62,951 nt of DNA, filler included, from Octopus bimaculoides (GCF_001194135.2; 4 parts of 4 records of this genome joined end to end with filler, not necessarily neighbours in it); one strand, 5' to 3'; numbered from the whole stretch's first letter, positions 24,138 to 38,325 are shown. Numbers and translations are program-made. The notes: generated by a model not told the origin, from the letters alone.

Positions 24138-25269
24138 ATATATATATATACATATATATATACATATATATACATACATACATATATCCATATATGCACG
24201 TATACATACATACATACATACACACATACATGCATGCATACATACATACATACATACATACATACATACATGCATACATACATACATACATACATACATA
24301 CATACATACATGAATGCATACATACATACAGATACTTACTGTCATGCCTGCATACATACATATGTCTGTGTCTGTCACTTTGAGTGTTTTTTTGTGTGTG
24401 TTTGTAACCTGTAGTACTTCATTTAATATTTATATTGCTGTATGTATATATTTTCTATGCTAATTGGTGAGGTTTTTACATCGGTTCACTCATCAAAAGC
24501 CAGCAAAACAAAAGAAAAATGGAACAAAAATAACAAGTACACCTAATGTACTTTCAGCTCACAACTGAGGTAAAAGAGAAAGTGTCAGAGAGGAAGGGCA
24601 GTTATAGGGGTGGGCGTCAGGGTAGGAACGGCTGAGAGTGTCTGTGTGTTTGTGTGTGTGTGCGCGCGTGCGTGTATGTTTGGGTTGGGTTTAGATATTG
24701 AAAGGAAGTGTGTTAAATGGAGGTATTTTATCCTCACCCAACCCATTCACTTCTACCCCTATCATTAGGGCCTCAGGCACAGTGATATAAATACTTATAG
24801 GAAGCAGTGATGGGGGGCAACTGTATGTTTAGGCACTTGCATAAACCATTTGGTAAGGAACGGATGAGTGTGGGGGGGAGAACTGGGAAAGGGAAGGGTA
24901 CAATAAATGAGCCGATTCTATACAGATGCTTAACTTAAAGTGANNNNNNNNNNNNNNNNNNNNNNNNNNNNNNNNNNNNNNNNNNNNNNNNNNNNNNNNN
25001 NNNNNNNNNNNNNNNNNNNNNNNNNNNNNNNNNNNNNNNNNNNNNNNNNNNNNNNNNNNNNNNNNNNNNNNNNNNNNNNNNNNNNNNNNNNNNGGTGGTG
25101 GTGGTGAGAATAGCTTGGCCCTTGTTAGAGCACACCAAGACAATTTGTGTGATTGGAACCTTGTAGCCCTTTTCTTACCAACTCCCCTGTGACTGCCCCA
25201 GGTCCTGCGATTAAGATTCAGTCTTTTAAAGTAATTCAATTTAAACATTTCATTAAAATTCTTAATCTT

Positions 25270-26140
25270 AATTCATGTTGCAAAACATCAACTTAATAAT
25301 CACCAAGTTATTTTACCAAATTCTTCATTATCTTCATAATTGAAACAAAGATGGCATATTTAAACAGAAATATGCCAACAAAAGGACCAAAGTGATTGAA
25401 GCTAAAAACCTCCCATCAAAATTTCATCGTAATTTATGTCCCAAACACCTGATTAATATTGACAAAATTATTTCACTTCCGAACATCAGCTTTATAAGGA
25501 CAAAGTTATTTCACTAAATTCTTTATCTTCAAAATAAATTGAAACAAAGAGAGTATAATTTCAAGAGAAATATGGTAACAAAAGGGTTAAAGTGATCTAA
25601 AATTAAAAATTTTCCATCAAAATTTTTGGGTTAATTTATGTTCCAAATATCATCTTAATAAGGACAAAGTTATTTCACTAAATTCTTTGTTATCTTCAAA
25701 ATTAATTGAAACAAAGACAGCGTAATTTCAACAGAAATATGATAACAAAAGGGTTAAAGTGATCTAAAATTTAAAATTTTCATCAAAATTTTATGTTATA
25801 TTCAAAACACCATCTTAATAACTATGATATCATACTAATTTCTTCATTATTTTCAAAATTAATTCAAACAAAGGCAATGGATTTCAAGAGAAATATGCTA
25901 ACAAAAGTGTTAATGAGATCTAAATTAAAACCCATACTTCAAAATTTTATGCTAATTTATGTTCTAAACAACAGATCAATAACAACAAAGTTATTTTACT
26001 AAATTCTTCATTATCCTCAAAATTAAACGAAAGAAAGACAACAGAAAAATAGTAACAAAAAGAAAAAAAAGAAAAGCTAAAGCAATCTAAATCAATTTGA
26101 ACAAAGACAGCATGGTTTGACCGAAATATTGTAACAAAGG
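25270..26140 (+). repeat. About five tandem copies of a ~164-bp AT-rich unit
   Basis: aggacaaagttatttcactaaattc at 25497 and 25661; units carry aacaaaagggttaa. Confidence 0.85.
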
Positions 26141-26242
26141 ATTCTAGCAGGTTCTTCAGACTGATTGCATAGAAGCTTGTACAAGTTAAGGATTTCTTAC
26201 TACCCCCTTTTTTTTTCTTTTTTTATTCTTATATTCTTATTC

Positions 26243-26290
<48 letters not shown>

Positions 26291-27477
26291 TTCTTTGTTT
26301 GAAACCCCATGCTGGTAATCTAAGAAAGGGGTTCTGATTGATATAAGGCATACTCTTCCCTCGTAAAAGACAAAACTGCAAAAACAAAATTTTTCGTTCT
26401 TTATTTGTTTTTTTTCTCTCCCTCTTTTACAGGGAGGTGTGAGGTGTGAAGAAGGCAAGGTGGGTGAGAATAGATTTTTTATTCTCTTTTTATATTAAGT
26501 TATTTTCTTTATCTCATTTATATTTTATTTTTATTTNNNNNNNNNNNNNNNNNNNNNNNNNNNNNNNNNNNNNNNNNNNNNNNNNNNNNNNNNNNNNNNN
26601 NNNNNNNNNNNNNNNNNNNNNNNNNNNNNNNNNNNNNNNNNNNNNNNNNNNNNNNNNNNNNNNNNNNNNNNNNNNNNNNNNNNNNNNNNNNNNNNNNNNN
26701 NNNNNNNNNNNNNNNNNNNNNNNNNNNNNNNNNNNNNNNNNNNNNNNNNNNNNNNNNNNNNNNNNNNNNNNNNNNNNNNNNNNNNNNNNNNNNNNNNNNN
26801 NNNNNNNNNNNNNNNNNNNNNNNNNNNNNNNNNNNNNNNNNNNNNNNNNNNNNNNNNNNNNNNNNNNNNNNNNNNNNNNNNNNNNNNNNNNNNNNNNNNN
26901 NNNNNNNNNNNNNNNNNNNNNNNNNNNNNNNNNNNNNNNNNNNNNNNNNNNNNNNNNNNNNNNNNNNNNNNNNNNNNNNNNNNNNNNNNNNNNNNNNNNN
27001 NNNNNNNNNNNNNNNNNNNNNNNNNNNNNNNNNNNNNNNNNNNNNNNNNNNNNNNNNNNNNNNNNNNNNNNNNNNNNNNNNNNNNNNNNNNNNNNNNNNN
27101 NNNNNNNNNNNNNNNNNNNNNNNNNNNNNNNNNNNNNNNNNNNNNNNNNNNNNNNNNNNNNNNNNNNNNNNNNNNNNNNNNNNNNNNNNNNNNNNNNNNN
27201 NNNNNNNNNNNNNNNNNNNNNNNNNNNNNNNNNNNNNNNNNNNNNNNNNNNNNNNNNNNNNNNNNNNNNNNNNNNNNNNNNNNNNNNNNNNNNNNNNNNN
27301 NNNNNNNNNNNNNNNNNNNNNNNNNNNNNNNNNNNNNNNNNNNNNNNNNNNNNNNNNNNNNNNNNNNNNNNNNNNNNNNNNNNNNNNNNNNNNNNNNNNN
27401 NNNNNNNNNNNNNNNNNNNNNNNNNNNNNNNNNNNNNNNNNNNNNNNNNNNNNNNNNNNNNNNNNNNNNNNNNNNNN

Positions 27478-27509
<32 letters not shown>

Positions 27510-29069
27510 GCACACGCACACGCACCAATATATCTGTATGTATAGGTGTATGTGTATGTACATATGTATACATGTATGCATGTACGAGCATGCCTGTGAC
27601 GTGGGTTGGGGATCAGAATGTAGGTGTTTTGGGGTGGATGAAAAAATATCGCTAAGCCACCACCACCACCAGCAACAACAACACCAACAATAACAGCAAC
27701 ACCAGTAACAACAGCACTGTCCTCCTCCACGATCATCACCATCACAACGATCATCACCACCACCGGAAGTTTCGTTTAGAAGGTAGCTAAGACAACATAT
27801 TCAGCCCTTTAGCATTCAGATTTCTCTATATCAAATGTAATGCTTATTTATTCACATTGTTTTGAATTAATCATGTATTATCTTTCATAGCTTCAAGATT
27901 TTGATGATGTGATCATTTATCTTTTAAATGACATTGTAGGATAGGTGTGAGAAGCTAGATCTGTCCAGCCTCAACATTACAAAAAAAAAAAAAAAAGGCT
28001 GAATACTTGGCCCAATTAGAGCCAGTTTAAATGATATTAGGGTTGGGCAGGGAGAAAGATTTTGGTAGGATTTGAGTGGGAGTATTATATAGTGTTCAAT
28101 GGAGAATTAGGAATTTATGTCTGTGATTCATGTTTGAGAAGGAAGCAAACCCCCTTTTCGTTGGGTGTAGTGTATTGTTGGTAGTAAGAAATCATAGGAA
28201 GAACTGAACAGCAGAGGGCCTTCAGAGAAGTCCCACCTCATGCTAATGCTTCGGCCCTTAACTCCATAAACTTTGAGGGAGCTGGGCCACATTCAGGTCA
28301 TCATAACTGGATAGCCCTTTACTACCACATTACTCTTTACTCTTTTATTTGTTTCAGTCATGTGACTGTGGCCATGCTGGAGCACCACCTTTAGTCGAGC
28401 AAGTCGACCCCAGGACTTATTTATTGTAAGCCTAGTACTTATTTTATCGGTCTCTTTTGCCGAACTGCTATGTTACGGGGACGTAAATACACCAGCATCG
28501 GTTGTCAAGTAATGCTATGGGGACAAACACAGACACACAAACATATACACACACATACATATATATACATATATACGATGGGCTTCTTTCAGTTTCCGTC
28601 TACCAAATCCACTCACAAGGCTTTGGTCGGCCCGATGCTATAGTAGAAGACACTTGCCCAAGGTGCCACTGTGCCTTTGTCTATAATGTAACCCTCTTGA
28701 ATGGTTAAGGTGTCCCAGGTTCAAGGTACTTCAGGTGTTGCACCTAGTTCATTCAAAGATTCTAGTTGATTGCATGGTAAATGATACTTTTTGAAATTCC
28801 CTTCCATTCTTCCTTGACCAGATCCAGCTGGAATTCTTCTCAGCTGCTTCTGCCATTGGCTTAAAAAATCTGGTTCTCTTTCTCATATAAATCGAGAGCT
28901 GCTTCATGAGATCACATGCAGATTCAGCCACAAACACTCTCACACCCACCTCTATCTTTTATCTTGTTTCAGTCATTAGATTGTGGCCATGGTGGGGGAA
29001 CCAACTTGAATTTTTATTCCAAGGCTATAGTAGAAGACACTTGCCCAAGATGTCATGCATCCTTAATTG

Positions 29070-31040
29070 CTCTATTTACTGAATGATGTCCAGTAGATAA
29101 AACAGTTAAGGATATGAAGCCAGTAAAAACCCCTGGCTCATCAGGAATCACCACTGAGATGCTTAATATATCTGGTGGAGTGGGATTTAACCTGTCAACA
29201 ATGTAGTTAATCAGGTTGTCTTTGAGGGTGTCATACCCATCAACTGGTGTAGCAGCATTGTAGTCAATTGCTGCAAAGAGAAAAATGAAGTTTTAGACAG
29301 AAATAGTTACAAAGGTGTCAAATTGTTGGACCAAGTCATAAGAGCTACAAAGAATATCAGAACTCAGCTAGTTAAGGGAAGAGTTAGCCTAGATGAGATG
29401 CTCTTTGGTTTTGTGTGTAGGAGAAGCACTGCTGGTGCTACATTCCTGGTAAGACTACTACAGGAGAAGTATTTAGCCAAAAATAAATCTCTGTTCTTGG
29501 ATTTGCTGACATGGAGAAAACCTTTCACAAGGTTCCCCACTCTCTTATCTCATGATCAATGCAGAAGCTAGGGATAGATGATTAGTAGGTGGGAGTTGGG
29601 CAAGCAATAAGGTAAATGTTGTCAGTAAGATGAAATTGACGATCATCATCATCATCATCATCGTCATCATCATCATCATCATCATCATCAAATTGTTTAA
29701 CGTCCGCTTTCCATGCTAGCATGGGTTGGACGATTTGACTGAGGACTGGTGAACCAGATGGCTGCACCAGGCTCCAATCTGATCTGGCAGAGTTTCTACA
29801 GCTGGATGCCCTTCCTAACACCAACCAGTCCGAGAATGTAGTGGGTACTTTTACGTGCGACCAACATGAAGGCCAGTCACACTGTACTGGCAACGGCCAT
29901 GCTCAAAAAGGTGTTTTTTACGTGCCACCTGCACGGGAGCCAGTCCAGCAGCACTGGCAACGACCATGCTCGAATGATTTTCTAACATGCCACCAACACA
30001 AGTGCTAGAAGGCAATGCTGGTAACGATTACGCTCTAATGGTAACAATGAGTGTAGTATTTATGGTGCAAATTGGAGCTCACCAAGGATTTGGTTCCCAC
30101 CCCACTCTTGTTTATCATAGTCTTCCAGGTTATAACAGAAGAATTTAAGACTGGCTGTTTTGGGGAACTTCTCTATTCTGATGACCTTGTCCTTATAGCT
30201 GAATCACTGTCAGAACTGGAGAAGAAATTTCAGGTGTGGAAGTAAGGTCTGGAATTGAAGGACCTTTGAATTGATTTAGCAAAGACCAAAGTTGGATTCA
30301 GAAGGAAAACAGACAAACTATTAATATCTTTAGAGAGATGGCCCTGCTCAATATGTAGAAAAGGTGTAGGTAGAAATTCCATACGGCGTACCCAGAACAA
30401 GCTATGAATACATAAGAGGTGCAGCAGTATCACAGGAAGGTTAATAGAGAAAGTAGTCCTTATGTGTGGCAGATGTTGTGGGTACAGTAAACATTAAGAA
30501 TGTGCAGGAAACAGATTTCTTCAATTGTGGATGGCATCCACAAAGGTAGCAATAGAGGAGGATGCTCTGAAAGTGTAGTTGCTAGAATAAGAACTGGCTG
30601 GGCAAATTTCAGAGAGCTGTTACCTTTGTTGGTAACAAAGGGCCTCTCCCTCAGAGTGAAAGGCAAATTGTATGGTGCCTGTGTTCACACAGCTATGCTA
30701 CATGGCAGCAAAACATGGACTGTGACTGCAGAGAACATGTGAAGGCTTGAAAGAAATGAAGCTAGCATGCTCCACTGGACAGGTAAAGTCAACAGAGCGT
30801 AAATGATTTAAGAGAAAAATTAGGTATAAGAGGCATCAGTTGTGTATGCATAAAAAAGGTGCTAATTTCTGATTGAGGAAGGAACCTGTGGAAGGGTTAT
30901 ACCCGAGAAGATGTGGGATCAAGTGGTGAGAAAGGATCTTCAAATGTTGATCCTCACAGAGGTGATGATAAGGGGCCAAAATCTCTTGCGATTTTCTGTG
31001 TTTGAGAAGAGACATCAAATGAAGTAAAACCATAATCATC
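29070..31040 (+). mobile_element. Degenerate RTE LINE ORF2 (RT region to 3' end), interrupted by a non-autonomous insertion at about 29640-30020
   Basis: KLLDQV, GF..RRST.GA.FLVRLLQEKYL, YSDDL and RTGWANFRELLPLLVTKGLSL motifs; many stops. Confidence 0.88.
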
Positions 31041-31796
31041 CATGCATACAGACATGTCCTTTATGACCATACCACCCACCCACACACACACATACCCCAA
31101 ATCTGTCCTCTGTCAAAGTATCCCTATAATCCATCTCCATCATCCCTCCATACCACTACACATGATCACTACTCATTGCAGGCCCCTCCACTCTCCCTTG
31201 TGTGCCTATCTATACCCCCTGCATGCTCCAATATCTCCTCCATGCCCGACCCCCTCAACCACTCCATTTCCTCTCACCATCACTCACTATAGCAATGTCT
31301 TCCCCATCTCTAAATATCTCTTCACACTCTTATGGAACATCCCCACCCACCCCTCTATCCACTTGGTGCTACTTATACCCCTCCACCCCCACTGTTCCCT
31401 TTTGATAAGGCCCTGATACATCTCCAGCACCCTCTATTTCTCTTTCACTTTTACTGTCTCACTACCTTTTTCTACCTCTCTGTCCCCTATCTTTCCTTCT
31501 CTGTCCTACAGATGTAACCAAGTATCCCCTTTATAGTAAGACCTCTATCTCCATCCTAATATACTCCAACCTATCATCTGGCTTGCATCCACTTCCTTCA
31601 GTTCCACTCCCTCTCAGGTATTTAGCAACACTGCTGGTACCACATAAAAAGTACCTGTGCCGGTTGGTGCCATATGAAAAGAACCCAGTATACTCTGTGA
31701 AGATGATTGGCATTAGGAAGAGCATAGAGCTGTAGAAACCATGCTAAAACAGACAAATGGAACCTGGACAGCTAACTGGCCAATTCATATCAAACC

Positions 31797-31841
<45 letters not shown>

Positions 31842-31849
31842 CGTGTCTA

Positions 31850-31881
<32 letters not shown>

Positions 31882-31932
31882 CCTACCTATCTACCTATTT
31901 ATCTATCTATCTATCTATCTGTCTGTCTGTCT

Positions 31933-32032
31933 NNNNNNNNNNNNNNNNNNNNNNNNNNNNNNNNNNNNNNNNNNNNTTAATTAATTAANNNNNNNNNNNN
32001 NNNNNNNNNNNNNNNNNNNNNNNNNNNNNNNN
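31933..32032. other. Synthetic scaffold-join spacer
   Basis: Same 44 N + TTAATTAATTAA + 44 N structure. Confidence 0.93.
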
Positions 32033-33593
32033 ATATATATATATATATATATATAAAATATTTTTCTTCTTACTTTCCCCTTACATTTCCATGTGTAGTT
32101 TCTATTTTGTTTTTGTAACATATTTCTATTACATATATATATATATGTACAATTGCAGCGTGGAAGAAGTTTATATGCCATTTAAGAACACACAAAAAAT
32201 CGTTAGATTCATTTCAACATTTAAATTTCTGTCAAAATATTTTCGTCGCTTTGAAACCACAACCTGTTCACTGACAAAACTTCCTGCTGCACGAACCCTA
32301 AGAATCAATAAGAACCTAAAGTATCAATGAGATTCACACACATACGCACACATGTGACCATGTGTGTGTCGTGTATGTGTGTGCGTGCAGATAGCCAAAT
32401 AAATAAATAGATTGATATATGAATATAACTTGGAGCGTATGATAGAGCAATTGATTAGCTCTGTAAAAATTCAAAGTACCAATTCTCCGCGCTTAACACT
32501 ACTATTCGGCTTTGGAGATGCCCTTAGGCAATCACACTCTGTTGCATGTATGCAGAATCGGTCCTGGAGAAGGATCATCACATGGAGTCGATTATGACTT
32601 TCGTCTCACTGAAATGAATAAAATATAAGTCCTGTACATCCGATCATGCATTACAGACTAACTGAATAAATAAATCATCTTTTATCTTTTATCTTTTACT
32701 TGTTTCAACCATTAGATTGCGACCGTGCTGGGGCACCACCTTGGAGAACTTTTAGTCGAATGAATCGACCCCAGTACTATTTTTTAAAGCCTGGTACTTA
32801 TTCTATCGGTCGCTTTCGCCGAACCGCTAGTTTACAGGAACGTAGACACACCAACACAGGTTGTCAAGTGGTGGTGGGGGACAAACACAAAGACACTCAT
32901 ACACAGAGACACAGACACACACACCTGAGGTATTAGTAGAAGACACTTGCTCAGGATGCCAGGTAGTGGAACTGAACCCGGAACCACGTGGTTGGGAAGC
33001 AAGCTTCTTACCACACAGCTATGCCTGCGCCTATTAATTAGTTTATTTTAATGAAACCACAGAAATGGGAAGTTGCAATGTTCTTAAGACTTTCAGAATG
33101 TCATTAGAATGGTTCAAAGAAAATCTTAAATAGAAAATGATATTAAATAATATTTCAAACTGGAAAGTGTACGATTTGGAAAATATACTCTAGAAGATTT
33201 AATTTCCTCAAGAGACGAATATTATATTGGCTTCAATGATTGTAATTAAGTTTGGCAGTTCAGCTTTGTTTTTTACTATTTTAACGAAAATCAAAATTTT
33301 CCAGTAGAACCACGATTATTCAATAAACGTGATACTAAAATGGGGGAGGGAGACATAGAAAATTATCACTTGGTGAATGGCAAAATCATGATGTGTTGAT
33401 CAAAATTACTCGGGTATTTATTCACAGCTTTTTATGTTTTTAGTTCGGTTCCAACGAATATCGACATGTTTTTCATCCTAACGGGTGCAACATATCTACT
33501 TTGTCGACTGTCTCTTCCTCCCTGAAAAAAAAAAAAGGAAAAGAAATATTGTTTAAGATAATATATTTATCCGTTCGTCAGTGTGCGCTTGTA

Positions 33594-33647
<54 letters not shown>

Positions 33648-34426
33648 GGATTGTCTGTCATTAATTATCCAGTTCAATCGACCATAAACCTGTTTACCAT
33701 TATTTGGCCGTAAGTTGATATGAAAATCATTATTATACAAATATTCTGATCTTAGTTCTTTGCTTATCTGATTGTTGTTTAATTTATGTCAAATTGAGGT
33801 CATACTATAACAGATCATGCGTCACTCATTTTTCGGCATGATTGATTTTTACATTTCTTCCATACTCCCTGCCGTTTACATTATTGCCCTACAACAGTTC
33901 AGCCCAGATAAAGCAAATTGATCAAAATAAATTTTCCCTCTAAATAGTGTTGCAGTGATTTGAAAAGGTCAGGAGAGTAAGGAGGTTGAGACATAACTTC
34001 TATATTTAGTGGCATAATCTTTTCCTGGGTGATCTGGACATTATATAGTCTTGCATTATCGTGTCAGGACAAATAGCAGGTCATTTAACGCGAAGACTGG
34101 TATATATTTCCTTTTGAAAACCGATCTCCTGAGACGGCATGGATACCGGCTAATGCTGCCTATATGGCATATCTTCTCACATTATTCCTTTCTAAAATGA
34201 AACAACTTTCAATGCTGAAGTTTTTAATCGATAATTATCGATTAGAGATCCTCATTCTCAATCTATTTATGTAAATTGATGATACATTGTACATTTAAAA
34301 ACAGCTAAACTTATATATTAAATATAAAAACGTGTTTTCTTTGCATCCTTGCTACTCTTATTCTCATGATAATAATAATAATAATAATAACAATAACAAA
34401 GCAATAATAATGATAGTAATAGCAAC

Positions 34427-34502
<76 letters not shown>

Positions 34503-34599
34503 CAATTAGATTACGACTGTATTGATAAAGCAGCACGTTTCTATCAAAGGAAAGTAAACTTCAAGATCTTTCAAAGACATATTTTAACTATTTGTTGTG

Positions 34600-35350
34600 T
34601 CAGCTTCTTCATTCATCTCTGAAGAATTTTACTTTTGTCTTTAGTTTTAACGACAAATTATTTACAGTAATTAACAAACATGGACTAACCTAACAATAGC
34701 GTCAAGGGATTTCTTTTTATCTGATTAGTTTTGTCTTGTTATATAGCCTCTGTGTTTTAATATCCAATAGAAAGTCTATACCCAAGTAAATATGTTTCTC
34801 TTTATTTATATTTGAATGTATCGTGTCAATACTTTCCAATGTTTTCGATATTTTTGAATTGCTTCCTTTTAGCCGTATTGAATTTCATCTCCATCTTGAG
34901 ACAATAAGAAAACAAACAACCCAATCAAAAAACTTCCATCAATAATTTTTGGCGTCCATTGAAGCGAGTGTAAACAATTATTGTCGGATTTTGTATCAAC
35001 AGACATTTTTATAATAGTTGCTATCTCGCATCGTGTCGACAATCTCTGATGTTTTGGTGAATTGGCAATCTTTCAATTGAATAATTTGTAGATTATTCAT
35101 GAATCGGTAACATTATAAAAGTTAAGTTATTAGAACAAATCCTTCAGCCTGTCCCGTTAGTTTAGAAATTCGATCAAAATCATTGACGTCTGCAAAAATT
35201 ATCAAAACATTGGACATATTACAAAGAATTAATTATTTTCAATACGCAGTTGAGTATAATTACTTCTGACAGATCGAATACCTTATCATCTTGACCTTTA
35301 ACTCCATCAATTCTTATGACCAAGAATGTACATTTTTAAGTGTTGATTAT
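34600..35350 (-). mobile_element. Highly decayed non-LTR reverse transcriptase relic
   Basis: Collinear decayed motifs on minus: G(QAE)G..LL (QGD-like), LHSL/SMDAKNY (HLLxMDD-like), MEMKFN.AK and KHIYLGI (YKYLG-like). Confidence 0.45.
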
Positions 35351-35932
35351 TGAGAATGAAGAACACCCCGCCTAAATAAAAAAAATTAATTGCCATTATG
35401 AATTTTTACTGAAAGTTTCTGTCTTAAGTTTCCGATACAATATTCTTCTAAAGTTTTTAAACATATTACTGATAGGTTTTTGCAGCTAGGTAATGAGTTA
35501 TTCGTCAAATATGGTATATAGTGTTAGATATTTTAAGAGTCTTATCGGGAAAATAGTATGGCTAAAAGTTCACTTTCCAATCACATGGTATCGGGTTCAG
35601 TGTCACCGATTGGTTCCTTATGCAAGTGTCTTCTACTATAACACCGGGCTGAGCAAAGTCTTGTAAGTAGATTTTGTCGACGGAATGAAGCTCGTCGTTT
35701 GTATGTGTGTATACATCCATGATATTATATATATATATATATATATATNNNNNNNNNNNNNNNNNNNNNNNNNNNNNNNNNNNNNNNNNNNNNNNNNNNN
35801 NNNNNNNNNNNNNNNNNNNNNNNNNNNNNNNNNNNNNNNNNNNNNNNNNNNNNNNNNNNNNNNNNNNNNNNNNNNNNNNNNNNNNNNNNNNNNNNNNNNN
35901 NNNNNNNNNNNNNNNNNNNNNNNNNNNNNNNN

Positions 35933-35965
<33 letters not shown>

Positions 35966-36619
35966 GCGTGTGTGTGTGGGTGCGCGCGCGTGCGTGTGCA
36001 TGTGTGTGTGTGTATATGTATGTGTGTGTCTGTGCTTGTGTCTATCCCTCCATCGCTTGACAACCGATGTTAGTTTGTTTACGCCGCTGTAACTTATCAG
36101 TTCGGCAAAAATGACTGCTACAATAAGTATCAGGCTTTAAAAAATAAGTGCTGGAGTCAAAGTGGTACCTCACCATGGTCGAAGTCCAATGACTGAAACA
36201 AATAAAATATGAAAAGATTACTGAATGTAGTTTGGTGTCAATCGCTCTTCTTCAACAGACATTTCACATTCTGCCCTGATTCACGAGGAAATCTATAGTG
36301 ACGCCCACATAGTCGATTGTTACATTTTCAGTCACTTGTTCATCTGCAACGAATACAAATATATGAAGATATCATACACGTTATTTCCATTATATTTAAC
36401 TTCTTCAGAAGGAGAAGAGATGATAGAAATTTAGGTTGGTAATAAAACGTTGAATATCGGATTACATCGAGAGATAACTTACTTTTGTTAAATCCTATTG
36501 TACTTCTATAATTTCGTTAGTATTTTCCTGATCCCATCTTTTGCAAAGTACCAATAGACAATCTTGGTATTTTTATTTAGTGAAATTTATTATTGTCTAA
36601 ATTTTTTTTAGCTGATTTA

Positions 36620-38325
36620 GGACAATTTTGATGTGCTAAATCCAAAAATTACATTAGTTTTGCTCTATCAGGTCAGCTATTTGAACAATGGCCACGTGTT
36701 ATTTTTTACGTTTTTGTTTACATGTACGGGTATTTTTGCTTTATATGATGCAAAATTCTTTTTTATTTCTTGAAATAAACGAACTCAGAAGAGTTTGCAT
36801 GCGCTTATCTATGACTAATTGGTATTTTTATTTTACAGGTGAATGAAATGGCTTCGACTAGAAGATCTTGCAAATGTAAGCCCAACGTATTCTGCTGCAT
36901 CAGCGGTGAATACACCTTGTCCCTAACAGAAATCCAGTTTCATAAAACGTGCTTACTTTGCTTATTTTGGTATGCACCGAGAATATGCGTCAGTGGACCA
37001 AGGACAAGAAGAGTTGTCTGAAGTTTGGAATTCCCATGGTTTGGAGGGAGCCGACAAACCATAGCACTGACTGTTACGTCTTCGCTATTGATGTGACTGG
37101 GATCAACAAAACGAACAGGAGCAGCCTCAAGTATTCTGATCTTCAATCAACACGTCGTCCTGTAGTTCACTGTGATGAAATTCCAGTACTTGTCTTCGGA
37201 GGACTTCCTGACATTAGTGACGAAGAATCCTCCAGTGTTCAAGACGAATAAGTAGTTCTTGACGATGATGCTCCACATCCTTTTTCTAAGAAAGGAGCTA
37301 AATGATCTGGTTCTCGATCTCGGATTGTCAAAGTCCTCTGCCGAACTGTTAGCATCCAGATCGAAGGGAAAAAACCCTCCTCTCTGACAGTGCTCGCATC
37401 AGCTTCTACCACAACAGGCATCAAGAATACATCCTTTTTTTTTCTCTGAAGAGAAGGACTTGGTGTACTGTACAGACATTGCTCATCTTCTGCACAAGCT
37501 TGGAGTGCCACAGTACGAACCCAAAGATTGGAGACTATTCATTAACAGCAGCAAGCGATCCCTGAAATGTGTTCTGCTGCACAATGGTAACCAGTTTACC
37601 TCTATACCCCTCGATCACTCGACTACACTGAAAGAGAAGTATGAAGGGGTGAAGTATGTGCTGGAGAAAATTCGTTATGATCAGCATCAGTAGTTTATTT
37701 GTGTTGACCTGAAGATGGTGAAGTTTTGTTGGGACAACAGTCTGGGTTCACTGAGTATCCATGCTTTCTTTGCATGTGGGATAGTAGGAACACTGCTCAA
37801 CATTACAAGAAGGACTGACCTTTAAGGGAGGAATTGGTACCTTGTAGAGCTAAGAACCTTATAAACAACGTTTTGGTGGACAGAGACAGAATACTCTTCC
37901 CACTACTGCACACAAGGATGGTGGCTACTTCACTTAGTTGTGCCAAGCTTTTCCAGGATTGATTATTGAGAAGTTGGAAACTGGCATCTTTGACGGTCCT
38001 CAAATCCGTCAGCTCATCAGAGAACCTGAGTTTGAAAACTCAATGAACGGAGTGGAACTGGAATCGTGGAAGCCTTTTGTTCTGATTGGCAACAACAAGG
38101 CGAGGAACTACGCAGAACTTGTCACCAATATTCTGACTGCTTTCATAAACCTCGGATGCAACATGAGCATAATAATGCATTACTTATTCTCACATACGGA
38201 TCGGTTTCCTGAGAATCTGGGATCAACGAGAGACGAGCAGGGGGAGAGATTCCATCAGGACATGAAAGAGATGGAGACCATGTATCAGGGACGCTGAGGT
38301 GCAGTCATGATGGCAGATTATTTTT
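36620..38325 (+). mobile_element. Chapaev3 (CMC superfamily) transposase relic
   Basis: FCCISGEY, WREPTNHSTDCY, WRLFINSSKRSLKCVLLHNGN, GIFDGPQIRQL, MHYLFSH.D.FPENLG..DEQGERFHQD..EME..YQGR; stops and frameshifts; TIRs not identified. Confidence 0.85.

Noticed and set aside
31042-31590. Pro/His/Thr-rich ORFs
   Set aside because: Low-complexity C/T-rich sequence trailing the RTE 3' end, with no splice or domain support.
34870-34990. Minus-strand IIDGSFLIGLFVFLLSQDGDEIQYG looked like TM1-TM2 of a Cys-loop / chemotactile receptor
   Set aside because: No extracellular domain or TM3/TM4 nearby, the frame ends in a stop, and flanking frames show collinear RT motifs, so a decayed LINE fits better.
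36839-38297. Chapaev ORFs as a domesticated host gene
   Set aside because: Multiple in-frame stops and frameshifts, including near catalytic-region motifs.
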